In this document: positions 27,056 through 40,119 of the stretch, piece by piece
Numbering within the stretch: the stretch's first letter is position 1
How the letters are laid out: each line of letters opens with the position of its first letter
NCBI GenBank assembly: GCA_951406725.2
Contig: OX597819.1
Span: 51,770,001 to 51,834,000, forward strand
Reading direction: 5' to 3'
Length of the DNA: 64,000 nucleotides
Origin: Octopus vulgaris
Lineage: Eukaryota
Made by a program: the position numbers and the translations under genes
The notes under the pieces: model-generated
What the model saw: the letters and a program-made list of their open reading frames with translations, nothing else
Databases searched by the model: none
What the model was told of the DNA's origin: nothing

Positions 27056-28062
27056 CTAGATATTTAAACTAATTTATTCTTTCATCCGCTCTTTCCAAAT
27101 TCTTTTTTTTTTATAATTCATACGCTTACGTTTTTTCTCTTGTATTTATTTTTTATCATTCATTAATATATGTTCGTTTTCTTTCATCTTTTTTTTTTTT
27201 TTTGCATTCTTTCATTCTTTATCTCTGTGTGCTATTTACATTCCCACTCTTTCTTCTTTAGTTTCATTACCTTATTCCTTCATACCATTCTTTTTCTAGT
27301 TTTTCAACATTTCGTTCAATTTTTCTTCATTCTTTCTTTTTTTTTTTCTTTCATCTATTTCTAGTTTATTCAGTAATTTCTTGTAGTATGGTTGACATTT
27401 TTTGTTCATTTCCACCATTCTTTTTTTAAAGCAAAATTGTTTCTTATTTTCTTATCGGAATAGTTAAGTATGTGGCAGAGACTTTTCGTGCGTCTGGATA
27501 TAGCGAGAGAAAGAGAGAAGAAGCAACAAAGAGAAAGAGCGAGAGAGAAAGAGACAGAGAAAATACGAGAAATATGTTTCTTGTATGTGTGAAGAGAGAG
27601 GAAAGGAGAATGCTCGAGTATGTGTTTGAATTCGTAAATCTCTGTGTCAACGCATGTGGGTACCGTTTTTAATTTCAATGAAGGTCATATAAATTTGAGC
27701 TGGCTTGACTTATATAACATAACATACGTAAGTGACAACGCAGACAGCACAGAACGGTGTTCGAATAACGGATATCAATCTGCTCTAAAAATAACTGGTT
27801 GTTTTTTTATATATGCAATTCTTGTTTTTGTTTTTTTTTACATTTTCTTCGTTTCTTTTTGACATGTGGAGGAACTGAGGAAAAGATAGACAGCTTGTCA
27901 GGTAACAGGCAATAATATACATATAGACACACACACACCCATATACGTATATGCATACATACAATTATTCCTGAGCGAGCAAATGCGTGTATATGTGCCA
28001 AATAAATAAACATATGTATGCATATATATATTATATATATCATATATGTATATATATGTATG

Positions 28063-28099
<37 letters not shown>

Positions 28100-28159
28100 A
28101 TGTGCATATATATATATATATCTACACATACACACATATATATATACATATATATATAT

Positions 28160-28230
<71 letters not shown>

Positions 28231-28231
<1 letters not shown>

Positions 28232-28707
28232 TAGCAGAGATACCCGGCGTTGCCCGTTTTACATGCAATTGAAGAATTAGACTTTTCTGTTATATTTTAT
28301 GTAATGAACTGGAATATCTATGTTACGAATTTCATCAAAATTGCAGATGAGGGTTATTTCCCTCTTTACACACCCTAAAAAAATTGTAATCGTGCCACAT
28401 TAAAATCGTGATTTTTATGCGCATATTCCAAATTGAACCTGTTAAAAGGATTTTGCACCTGAAAAATGAAGGTCATGGAGCTCTAAAATGTGAGAGTTAA
28501 GGCCCCTGTTAGGGGTGGGTGTCTTAATGTCAAGCAGAGAAGTTGAATTGTTGAGAATTTTTTTTAACTTGGGTCTTATATCTATTGTTTGAATTTCTTT
28601 GAAATAGGAAATATATGTTCACTGGGTTTGTAAAATAGAACAAAGCTACTGGAAACCAAAAGACGAATGATCACAATAAGCAGTCAGCTACGCTACCCTA
28701 GTCGTTA
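28231..28707 (-). mobile_element. Helitron 3' terminal segment (same family as 7722-8213)
   Basis: ctagcagagatacccggcgttgcccg... directly after (TA)n; reverse-complement match to 7722-8213. Confidence 0.85.
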
Positions 28708-29399
28708 GCACTCCCAATGTAGGATTCCTCACCATCCAGGTGACAGGCACAGCCGTAAGATGCATTACGAATCTATAGCAATTGGAAGGGCGTGACCCAA
28801 CTGAAATAAATATTAACAACTGTATGACGTGAGGGCTAAGGAGAAATTAAAGTGTCACCTCTGGAGTTTGCAAATGACCACTATACTGATAAGTAACTGG
28901 ACAGAATAAATTTACAATATATAAATGTCTTTGAATAACCAGTCACTCATCTGGGAAGGCCTTGAAATGAATGTTACCATGTGGGGACTATGTATGACCC
29001 AGTGATAATAAAAAGACTGAAAGGAGGTCTGCAATCAAATAACTTTACTCAACATTTTGCAACTGAATCAGTGGAGGCAAAGATGCTTCTCATTTACTTG
29101 ACAATTTATGCACCACATTGCAGAAATCACAATGTAAGTGTATATCAAAGCAAAGTATTACACTGTTGTACCATTGAATTACACATATTGCTCATTTGTT
29201 ATGCTCAGATAATCCTACATCTTCCAAGAGTACAACTGTATTCGTCTTTGCTTAAATAAAATGACAAAATTGTGGGTGTTAAATCCCCATGGAGGGGTCT
29301 TTCTAACTAGTGGTTCTCAACCATTTTTTGCTCCTTTGGACCCCTTTGATTCCTCTTTTATTCGGATGAACCCTAATACCCATTCAATTTTTTCTTCTA

Positions 29400-29570
29400 T
29401 CTTTTATCGTTTACTTATTTCAGTCATGCTGAGGCACTGCGTTAAAGGAGGTTTAGTCGAACAAATCGACACCAGGACATTTTTTAAGGCTATTACTTAT
29501 TCTATTGGTCTTTTTTGCCGAACTGTTAGGTGACGTGGTCGCAAGGACAACAAGACTTGTTGTCAAGCGT
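29400..29570 (-). mobile_element. Decayed SINE family A 3' fragment
   Basis: tttcagtcat...tttagtcgaacaaatcgac...tacttattctattggtc...gccgaac. Confidence 0.65.
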
Positions 29571-29821
29571 AATATAAGGAACCGTATATAAAAATTTTTA
29601 ATATTTAGTGTATTGCAGAAATACAGCCAATTTATTGCATATAGAGTTTAACAACAAAATCTTATATGCATTCCACATTCACAAGGGCCATACGAACCCC
29701 GGTTGGGAACCATCGGTCAAAACTTTCACTGAGCGTCAACGTAATATATTCATTGTCTACGGCCTATTGACTTTGATTTGCCTATGCGTGTGTATGTGTG
29801 TATGTGTGTGTGTGTGTGTTT

Positions 29822-30234
29822 AACTTTTACCTTTATTTATTTCAGTCATTAAGACTACGGTCATGCTGGGGCACCGCGTGCAAGAATTTTAAGTTGCATA
29901 AATCGATCCCAGAATTTATTTATGGTAGTTATTCTATCGGTCTTTTTCGCCGAACCGAAAAGTTACGGGAGTCGTAAACACACTAAAACCGGCTATCAAG
30001 CGGTAGTGGGAAATAAATGCACGCGCGCGCACACACACATAGACACACACACATGCATATATGCATGTATATACAACAACATTCTTTCACTTTCCATCTA
30101 CCAAATCCACTTACATGAGTTCGGTGGGCTCGAAGCTATAGTAGAAGACTTTTGCCCAAGGTGCCATGCAGTGGGACTGAACCCAGAACAATGTGACTGG
30201 GAAATAAGTTTCTTACCACATAGCCACGGCTGCG
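29822..30234 (-). mobile_element. Diverged SINE family A
   Basis: Tail, internal repeat and head (cttaccacatagccac) are all recognisable. Confidence 0.8.
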
Positions 30235-30317
30235 TATATATGTGTGTGTCTCTCTATATATGTGTCTGTGTGTGTGTGTTTGTATTTGTAGATAGATAGA
30301 TAGGTAGATAGATAGAT

Positions 30318-30404
<87 letters not shown>

Positions 30405-30506
30405 CAGACACACTGCTCGTAGCTTACTATCTTCCAACACCTTGATCTTTGGATCTTACATTTATACACTCACACACACACACACACACACACACATACA
30501 TATATA

Positions 30507-30673
30507 TACGACAAGCTTCCACAAAAATTTCCCTTTCCATTGAACAAATTCACTTATAAGGCATCGGCCGGGCGCAGGCTGTAGTAGAAGACACACGTGT
30601 AGGGTGCCGCGCAGCGGAACTGAACCCGTAATCACGTAGTTACAGAGCGAGATTTCTAACCACACAGCCGTGC
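30507..30673 (-). mobile_element. SINE family A 5' half
   Basis: gtagtagaagacac...gtgccgcgcagcggaactgaaccc...aaccacacagccg. Confidence 0.75.
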
Positions 30674-30975
30674 ATATATGATCGTTTACATTTTTGCAGT
30701 GACATATTTTTTTTTGCATCTCCATGGTAATTGAAAAGTAGTGAAAAGCTTCGCAACTGAATTATAAATTTGTAAATATTTTTTCGTTCCTCTTCATCAT
30801 TATATTATAGTTTCTTGAGATAACAACTTGCTTTAGTTTACTTGATTATGGAATTTGTTTAGATGTCTTTGACATTTCATTTATATATTTTATATTTCAC
30901 TTTTTAGTTTAATTAATTTTTGTTTTGCTTTTTTCATTCTTAAGCTTAAATGTGTTCAAATTTAGTGATATAACG

Positions 30976-31052
<77 letters not shown>

Positions 31053-31070
31053 GTTATATCACTAATATAC

Positions 31071-31136
<66 letters not shown>

Positions 31137-31384
31137 GGTTTTTGCTTCTTTGTGAGGGTCTTTTTTTTTTTCGATTATAAACATAAAACTCAATTGCACT
31201 GTCTGTCAAGTTCTGAATTTTTAATTATTACAGTGACAAGAAGTACACTACAACAACTTTGAAATGATTAACTAAAGAACAGAACCGAGTAAGTAAAGCG
31301 AAAGAATGTGGTAACACGGATGCTAAAACGATCAGAGCCAAAGAAAAATATTTTAAAGAGATTATTTGTTTCATAGCACCCATT

Positions 31385-31570
31385 AGCGGAATCGTTAGCG
31401 CGTCGTACAAAATGCTCAGCGGTATTTCTTCTGTTTTGAGTTCAAATTTCATTGAGATCAACTTTTGCCTTTCATCCTTTTGGGGTCGATGAAATAAAGT
31501 ATCGGTCAAGAATTTCGGCCATTACAATCGACATACACCTCTCCTAAAATTGCTGGCTTTATGCCAAATG
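31385..31570 (+). mobile_element. Diverged SINE family B
   Basis: gaatcgttagcg...gagttcaaatt...ttgcctttcatccttttggggtcgat. Confidence 0.75.
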
Positions 31571-31715
31571 CTGAGACGTTTAGTAAATCAAACATACAAC
31601 CCCTTGCCCCGCACCATCACCCCAAAAGTGACAGCTACCGAATTCAAAGCTCATGAAAATGGCGTAGTTGCTGTTGTGTAGACCCAAGTCAGCTTTCATG
31701 AAGCCGGCATCTTTG

Positions 31716-31921
31716 CGAACTGGCAGAAACATTAGCACGCCGGGCAAAATGCTTAGCGGTATTTCGTCTGCCGTTACATTCTGAGTTCAAATTCCGCCGA
31801 GGTCGACTTTGCCTTTCATCCTTTCGGGATCGATTAAATAAGTACCAGTTACGCACTGGGGTCGATGTAATCGACTTAATCCGTTTGTATGTCCTTATTT
31901 GACTCCTCTATGTTTAGCCCC
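31716..31921 (+). mobile_element. SINE family B (tail type 1, 3'-clipped)
   Basis: Near-consensus copy ending ...ctctatgtttagccc. Confidence 0.9.
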
Positions 31922-31922
31922 T

Positions 31923-32046
31923 CCGAAGATGCCTTGTGATATTTTTGTTAATGTCTCATTTATATCTATATATTGACCAACCATAAAGGGCTAATATTGG
32001 TAAAATGAGACATAATTATCGACATGGCCGAAACAGCTGTAAGATC
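31923..32046 (+). ncRNA. Hammerhead ribozyme remnant with long stem II, at the start of a pLTR-like segment (to ~32280)
   Basis: cCGAAGA tgcc...(atgtctcattt/aaatgagacat hairpin)...ggcc GAAA c-agct-g TA agatc; palindromic AGCT loop III, GUA site; core U mutated to C and the 5' strand of stem I lost at the SINE junction. Confidence 0.6.
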
Positions 32047-32278
32047 TAATTTATACTTATATTTATATTTACTTGTATTTATATTCTCTTTTATATATAT
32101 TCTACTTATTATACAACGTTACTCTTTTATGTACACTTTTTTATGTACATTCCTTTATGTACACTGATTTGTTCTGCTTTATATATTTAACCCTACAGTC
32201 TCTTATGTGGTAGTTTAATAAAGTATGTGATTGAGTATTATCTGGTAATTGATATTTGACTTGTATATATATATATCT

Positions 32279-32338
<60 letters not shown>

Positions 32339-32339
32339 T

Positions 32340-32475
32340 ATTTATATTATATTGAGGGTACTACTCAATATAATATAAATGAATATTTTCAAAGAGGAAG
32401 AATTTACGGATTTTTTCTCTTACGCTGACTACTGATAATTTCTTTTAAAGATTTTATCCTCAATTGTTAATTAAT
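32340..32475. repeat. (TA)n-embedded module starting with a perfect 17-bp hairpin
   Basis: atttatattatattgag-ggtacta-ctcaatataatataaat (32340-32380); the remainder resembles 10370-10455. Confidence 0.75.
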
Positions 32476-34539
32476 ATATATACATATATATATACACACG
32501 TATGTATATATGTATATATATATATATGTGTATATATATGTTTATATATTTAAATATACACGTATATATATGCATATATACATGTACACACACACGTGTG
32601 TGTGTGTGTATTTGCATATACTTGCACACATTATGTGTGCGTGCGAGCTTATGTTTATGAAAGATTATTATTTTAAAGCAATTTCAAAGATAACAGAACA
32701 TTTGCAGAAGGAGAGACAGAATACCGAAATTAAGGTTAAATTCGTTTTGAAATTCGTTTCAACTGGGTCTTTCCGTTTTGGCTGTTGACTTATTCGAATA
32801 TAGCCTTGTTGAATAAGCCGGCTGATGAAACTTGGTGTTTCAAAATGTTACCTACAGTTTCATATGAAATTGGCTTTTCCTGAACGGAAAGAACCATTAA
32901 ATAATCACCAGACATGGCAAGCTGGAAGTATATACCCCACTGAAGGTAGAAACGAAAACATCTGGTAAAAAAATCTGAAGATCTTTGGTTGAAAAGTGAA
33001 CGAAAACCCGAAAACAATGGCACATGATAAAAATATGTATAACAAAGTGAATGTTGTTTGAAAGACAAACGCAAAATTGGTTGCAGGATGCCCAAGAATT
33101 ATTTGCATGCATATCGTTGATATTATGAAAAAGTGTTGTGAATCCAAAACGTTGCTATTTCAGAAAACGAAAAAATAGTTTCACCATTCCATTGCAAAAC
33201 CGTTGTACTACACTTTTATTTCTTGGCATCTGAAGCAGCTGGAGACACGATAGTTTGACCAAAAGAACTGGCTACTGCAAGCAAAAATAAATACTGAAAA
33301 AAAAAAAAAACGCATTCGATAGTTCAAATCCCACTCCTGTTGGGGGCCGGGCGCAGTTCAACAATGCCTACAAAGGCTAAATTATGACACATACTCTGTT
33401 AAAGAATGCAAAACAAATGCCATATGGCTACAAAAATTTCACTATTCCCCGGAATACCGGAAAATAAATAGTCCAACAAAGCCTGCAAACAGGCAACAGT
33501 TCACAATAGCAATTTTCAGCAATAATTTTCAATAACAGTTTACTATAATTAACAGAATTTCAACAATAAAAATGCCTATTCACAAAGCGCGAACAAACTA
33601 CGACCGAAGTCTTCAAACGGAAATAAGTTTCTTACCACACAGCCACATGTTTTGGACAGCTTTTATCAGATTCTTTCACAATTTAAATGACTGAAAAAAT
33701 TGTTTCAAGTTAGGAAAGAGCCATACGTTTTAAGTCCATTAGATTTAGCCGTCAGTTAAGTTTAGATATGACTAGAATAGAAGGTAACCTAGTTAAGGCT
33801 TTAGAAGAGGGATTTAGATTGGGCTCTGCATTCCAGATTCTGGTAGCGAGAATGGCCTTGGGCCGTCACCTCACAGCCAAACATAAGAGATGCATTGGGC
33901 CGCGAGGGAATTAATGTCTCTACAAAGCTCACATCAGATCATCGTTTTAGAAGAGACGGTGGAGTAGCGTTATATGTTTAGAGGACTTCATTGTTAAACC
34001 TGTACTTCTGTTATTTCAAACATCGTCTTGCGGATAAACAATAATCCGTGAGCGTGAGATATACGGAGAGGTCATTGGTACCAGAACTAAATTTGCAGCA
34101 GTATAGGGTTTTGTGGGGATTTCTTGACGGGTTAGAAATACATTGAAAAATATTCTGCCAGAAAATTATATCTGCCGGCTTGTGAGGTGAGGCGTAAAGC
34201 AGCGTTTGTTTTAAAGGATACTTCTGGAAGTGTCATTTGTTTCTCTCTTTGAACTGAAAATTAAAGACGTTCCTATGAATCCTTGAGTAGATGGCAAATT
34301 TCAGACAAATATTCAACATACGAGCCATCTTGACATTAAATATGGTTCGTTTTCTATTTCAAGGTATAAAATATTAAAAGAATAAATTTAAAAAATGAAA
34401 AGAAATAAACACTATATTCTTATGCAGAACAGAAGTAAGAATTTTGAACACATAATTGTTTTCTGAAACATTCTTTTCTACGAAACCATTCCTACGCGAA
34501 TTCACTTTCACTTTTTCTTCTTTGACAGTTTAATAGCAC

Positions 34540-34695
34540 AGCGGGGCTAATCTCACTGGGTTCAAATCTCACTGAGGTCAACTTTGTTTTCATCCTTTTG
34601 TGGTCAATAAAATGAGCACCAGCTGAGCCCTGGGGTTGATGTAATCGACTTACTCTCTACCCCAAAGTTACTAGCCTTATGCCAAAATTTGAAAG
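34540..34695 (+). mobile_element. Diverged SINE family B fragment
   Basis: ggttcaaatc...gaggtcaactttg...catcctttt...gtaatcgactt...ccaaaatttgaaa. Confidence 0.7.
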
Positions 34696-34763
34696 CAATA
34701 ACATTTTTATTATAACGTTTATTCAACTGAGCTACGGGATCATTAGCGCTGTAACAACATTTA

Positions 34764-35606
34764 CCGTAAATCCTCGAGTATAGTCCGCCCTTGAGTATAA
34801 TACGCAAGGGATTTTTAGAGGGCTGTATCTCTTAAAAACCTAAACCTTGTGTATAATACGCACCGCTTCTCTAACTTGAGTCAAGGAGGTCTATATAACG
34901 TCCTTGGTTTGTAAAAATGTATACGGTAACGTCCTTCAGCATATGATATAACTTCAAGTTTAAACATAGCTGAATAAGATCTACGACGCATTTTAAGGGC
35001 ATGTAATGTTTAAAATGTTTTATTGGAGATTAATGTACAGGTTTAAGTCCCGCTCATAAAAAAACCCTAGTAAAGACCCACAGTAGTTCAAACATTTAAT
35101 ACTGGTATTTAATTAAGTATCTATTGTTTGCCACGGTAATGATGCAAACTGCCAATACAAACAGCAGGATGAACTATTTAGCGCTAAACTATTAAGCACA
35201 ATTCGTGCGTAATTAAGCCAGCAGCACCTAGTCGAACAAACACTTCCGCACATGCGTAATACAATAATGGTGATGTTCTTAACTGTTATATGGGAATGTA
35301 AATATGTTTGCAAATTGTTTTTGTTACGTGTTATTCTATATTCTGAATACTTTCATTTTAATAAATGTTGCTTACTGCAAGTTATGGATGATTCTTTTAT
35401 GACTTCATTGCTTTCAGGCTTAGCTTAAGGTATTTTCGCGCCCGACATCACAAAATGCGTCTGAATAAACATTGCCGGACAGCAAATAGAGACTCGGACA
35501 TTGCTTAGAAAATATTTTTCATTTTTAACCTCGTATATAGTACGCACTAGGGATTTTGACCTTTAAATTTTGGGAAAAAATGCGGATTATACTCGAGGAT
35601 TTACGG
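34764..35606. mobile_element. Non-autonomous Tc1/mariner-superfamily (pogo/Tc2-like) MITE, 843 bp
   Basis: 25-bp TIRs CCGTAAATCCTCGAGTATAGTCCGC / GCGGATTATACTCGAGGATTTACGG (1 mismatch), TA on both sides, subterminal GTATAATACGCA repeats. Confidence 0.92.
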
Positions 35607-35939
35607 TAGTTGCTTTTCTCGACACGAATCTACTCTGTCAATCGTATGCGATGCTCAATACGATTTGAGAGTTGACTTCTTGTAGTACTTCTGTGTACAA
35701 CTTTTGTTTGCCTCTCCAGGTTAGGCGGATGAAAAATTTTAGATCAATTCAATTCTTGTTGATTAGCCTCAATTAATTCCCAAGCTGCATTTCAAAGTTA
35801 ATTTCCGAGATCAGCTATTTTTTCTTTTTGTTTTTATCTTTTTTATTATTAAGGTCTGACTTATCAGATCGATGATCAAACGTTCTCAAACCGTCACGTG
35901 ACTAATCCGCCTACTTTTTTTTAATGGCAGTTGTTTGTA

Positions 35940-36310
35940 TCTTTTATCTTTTACATGCTTCGGTCATTGAACTGCGGCCATACAGCAGAACAGCCTAGAG
36001 TTTCTGGTCGAATAAATCAACCCTAGTACTTTTTTTAAAGTCTGGTAGTTTTTTCTATCAGTCGCTTTTGCCGAACCGCTTAATTACGGGGATATAAACA
36101 AAGTAACAGCCATTGTCAAGTAGTAGTGGTACAAACACAGCCACACAGATGCATACATACACATACAGACAAATACGACAGGCTTCCACAGTTTCCGCAA
36201 AACAAATACACTTACAAAGCATTGATCGGTCAGAGACTATACTAGAAAGCACAGCCAACGTGCCGCGCAGTGGGACGGAACCCCAATACCTCATGGTTGC
36301 AAACCGACCA
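35940..36310 (-). mobile_element. Diverged SINE family A
   Basis: actgcggcca...ttgccgaaccgct...gtgccgcgcagtgggacggaaccc. Confidence 0.75.
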
Positions 36311-36324
36311 TCTTAATTATATAC

Positions 36325-36520
36325 TTTTCTACTCTTAGGCACAAGGCCCGACATTTTGGGGGAGGGGGCCAGTCGATTAGATTGACCCCAGTACGCAACT
36401 GGTACTTAATTTACCGACTCCGAAAGGATGAAAGGCAAAGTCGACCTCGGCGGAATTTGAACTCAGAACGTAGCGGCAGACGAAATACCGCTAAACATTT
36501 CGCCCTGCGTGCTAACGTTT
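36325..36520 (-). mobile_element. SINE family B (tail type 2) lacking the first ~18 nt of its head
   Basis: Tail ggcacaaggcccgacattttggg; head stops at gctaacgttt. Confidence 0.9.
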
Positions 36521-36751
36521 CTTATTTTATTATTGCCCACAAGGGGCTAAACATAGAGGAGTCAAATAAGGACAGACAAACGGATTAAGTCGATTAGATT
36601 GACCCCAGTGCGTAACTGGTACTTATCTAATCGATCCCAAAAGGATGAAAGGCAAAGTCGACCTCGGCGGAATTTGAACTCAGAACGTAACGGCAGTCGA
36701 AATACCGCTAAGCATTTCGCCCGGCGTGCTAACGCTTCTGCCAGCTCGCCG
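36521..36751 (-). mobile_element. Full-length SINE family B (tail type 1), head-to-tail with the previous copy
   Basis: Tail ttattgcccacaaggggctaaacatagag; head gccagctcgccg. Confidence 0.9.
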
Positions 36752-37361
36752 TCTTCCATCTTAATCATATAGCTAAGTCTGTGCCCATGAATTTTTTTCT
36801 TGGTGTTTGGCAGCAATTTCGTGCAATAGAGGCTATCCCATTGCACTATGTTTATTTATGTAGGAGGCGTGATTAGTTGGAACCTGAAACTGCTGTGGGT
36901 GGTCTGGTTTTTTTCACAAATGTCTTTTTTTATTACTTAGAAAAGAACTTCATTTAGTAAACTATAACGAACGTTATTGTATTTCCGGTATGTTCGAGTA
37001 TTTCTTGATGACTGGTTTAATGGTTATCAAAATGATCTTAAAAGACTTCTGATGGGAAGGTACATCCGGAAGTTGTAAGATGACATATTGTATAAATGTT
37101 TTTTAGTGTCACAAGGACTGTTTTCTACTCACAGGATGATGCTTTGAAATGAGGAAGCAGAGGCCTAAGAATTAAGCCCTTTCAGACACACTGCGCCAAT
37201 CCACCATGTTTTCTGGAACGTCGATGTGACACGAGCTTTGTAGAGGCTTCAGTGTATTGTATTACTGAATTACTAATAGATGTATTTCACTTCAAACCAT
37301 ATACGTACATACGCACAAAAGTACACCCCCACACACACACATACATATACACACACACACA

Positions 37362-37398
<37 letters not shown>

Positions 37399-37412
37399 CA
37401 AATATATATATG

Positions 37413-37472
<60 letters not shown>

Positions 37473-37537
37473 GGTCCCGGGTTGAGTCTGGGTTAACAAC
37501 AGTAAATAAGGTACTCAATACATGGCAGAGAAAATTA

Positions 37538-37646
37538 ATTTATTTTATAGAATGAGCTTCTACAGGACTAGAACTGTTTCATTCCTGATGATTTCATTTG
37601 AATGAAACAGTTCTAGTCCTGTAGAAGCTCCTTCTATAAAATAAAT
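37538..37646. repeat. 47-bp-stem fold-back with hammerhead core elements, within a (TA)n-flanked module (37470-37650)
   Basis: Arms 37538-37584 / 37600-37646 (1 mismatch); plus strand reads CTGATGA tttcatttgaat GAAAC agttcta GTC. Confidence 0.85.
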
Positions 37647-37650
37647 AAAT

Positions 37651-37704
<54 letters not shown>

Positions 37705-37752
37705 ATATAATTAATATATAATATAGATAGATAGATAGGTAGGTAGGTAGAT

Positions 37753-38464
37753 AAGTTTCTTTATTGGCCACACAGGGCTGCATACAGATAGGACAAGTTA
37801 CAAGGTAGAGCTTTTCTTTTGGGGGAGAAAAAAAAGTGGCGTAGGTTTTTGATCAAAATGGATCGTAAAAGGAAAAAAGAACAAAAAAAAAGAAAAAAAG
37901 AAAAGAAAAAAAAAGAAAAAAGGGAAAAGGAACAAAAGAAAAATGAAAAAAGAAGAAAAAAGAGGAAAAAAGGGGAAGAGGAAAATAAACGATCAATAGG
38001 GATCGTGTATCACAGTGTCATGATGTATGGTGTAAAGGGGAAAGCAAGTAAGGTTTATCCGTGGGAAGAAAAGCCTACGAAAAATACCACGGTAACTTTG
38101 GTCAATATTGTTATATGTTACCACATTTGTTTGCAAGTGGGTAACCCTCTGTTTTCAATTTCTGGGTTCATAGGGTTATGCTCAAGGGGGCTTCGTCATT
38201 CATACGTGCCATCCTTGCTACATTCACCCATCTTTTTTTAAAACGTTCGCTAGACAAAACTTGCCTCTCTACTCTCACTTTCCTTTTCAAGTGGTACTTG
38301 AAGAAGTTGATGAGAGATTGACCAGAGAGGAAAGTGTTTGTCTCCAATCCTTTCAGACGCGTCCATCAGATACATTCTTTCGCCATAGCCACAAGGATGA
38401 TGAAAATAGCTCTTCCTTCCCGTTTGAAGGAAGGAGGCGTGACAATATTGACGATAGACTCAGC
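37753..38464 (-). mobile_element. Second 5'-truncated Tx1/L1-clade LINE copy, flanked by (GATA)n on both sides
   Basis: Highly similar to 1263-1884; same 3' end (TGTGTGGCCAATAAAGAAAC); the 5' junction at 38464 runs into (GATA)n. Confidence 0.9.
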
Positions 38465-38543
<79 letters not shown>

Positions 38544-40119
38544 AAGATAGGTATTTAGAGGAGGAAAAACATATGCACATGAAGTTTTGTTTCTGTTTCG
38601 GCGTACATCATTGCTTGTAGATTCATAAAAGAAAAGCATTGATTTATCAATCACCCTCTATTAGAGATGAAAGCAGTAACTATACTGAGGAGTAATGTTT
38701 GTCGTCTCTTCAACATGGCTGAACCGACGTTACTTCCATTTTATCTCAATCTCTGCTATTAGCTTATTTGAGTTATTTCCCTTAGCTTAATTTTCTTTTC
38801 TTTTTCCTTTGTTTTTTATCTCGCAATACAAAAACTGAGAGGGCGGCGAGAAAGAAAGATAAAAGGAAGAGAGTAAAGGAGAAAGAGAAAGGAAGAGAGA
38901 GAGGGAGAGGGGGAGAAAGGGAGAGAGGGAGGGAAGTTAACACACTCTGCAGTTAAAAAGCCACATAATCAGATATTCTGAACAGTTAAGAGATGGGAAT
39001 GGAATGGCATCTGAATCTAATTGTAACAAAGCTACCGTGTTATTGTTGTTGTTGTTGGTGGTGATGATGATGGTGGTGGTGGTGATGATGGTGGTGATGG
39101 ATGGTGGTGGTGGTGGTGGTGGTGACAGTCTCGTTGTTTGATATTTTTTGTTCTTTTTTTGTATTCTATTGTTATGTTCTTCTTTTCGAATGTTTGTTGT
39201 GTTGTTGTTGTTGTTATAATCTTTAAGAATGAGTGACTTGTGTGAAATAGAGATGGATGGATCACTGAAACGGATCACTGAATTTTCAACAACGTTAAGA
39301 AGACTAAAACAACAAAAAAACAAAAAAAACAACATCAACAACAACAACAACAACAAACCAGTACAAACAACATACACTGACAATATAAACACAATCACCA
39401 TCACCTTACTTCCACGTACCCACCCCTCACTAGCAGCGGTACAGCCAACCACTGCCAACCCACAAACACAACCAGCACCATTTCAACCTCCATCACCACC
39501 ACCGCCACCAATAACAACAAAACTAACAATCTCTACTATCGCAACCACCAACTACTAACACCTCAACCCCACCACCACCACCACCACCACCACCCACCTC
39601 CGCCACCACCAACTGAACAGCCACCGCCAACCACAGAACACAACCGCCAACATGGCGATCAGTTACTATCACGACAGGCGTAGCGGTGTGGGAAGAAGCT
39701 TTTTTTTTTCTTTTTAGAACCGGACAGAATTGTTGTGCTGCTTGGCAGCGGTTTCGAGAAAATGTATTCAGACGTTAGCGGGTCTGAATTGTCTTCAGCG
39801 GCGGAGGAGCTGGTGAAGGCGGTGAGAAGAATGGACGGAATATTGAAGAGAACAAGAAATTTTTCTGAGGCGGTGGAGGTGAAGAAAAAGGATGTAGACC
39901 TGGCTGGACTAAAGGAATATGGAAAAAATGACGCAGAAGGTGGGTGACGACGTAAATTTGTCGCCGCCTAAAAGAATCATGGAGCAAATGGAGAGGAAAA
40001 CTAGGGTGCACTCGCTGAAGAACAAAATGGCTGAACAGGTGAAAGCGGAAATGATAGTAAAAGCGCTAAGGAAACAGTCGAACCAAATAATGTATATAAC
40101 CAAAGGATGTAAGAGAAAG

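Noticed and set aside
32700-34250. Possible LTR-retrotransposon gag/pol remnant
   Set aside because: One weak zinc-knuckle-like stretch only; no LTR or RT motif found.
36780-37260. Possible Tc1-like transposase remnant (KHGG-like word on the minus strand)
   Set aside because: A single short motif and no TIRs.
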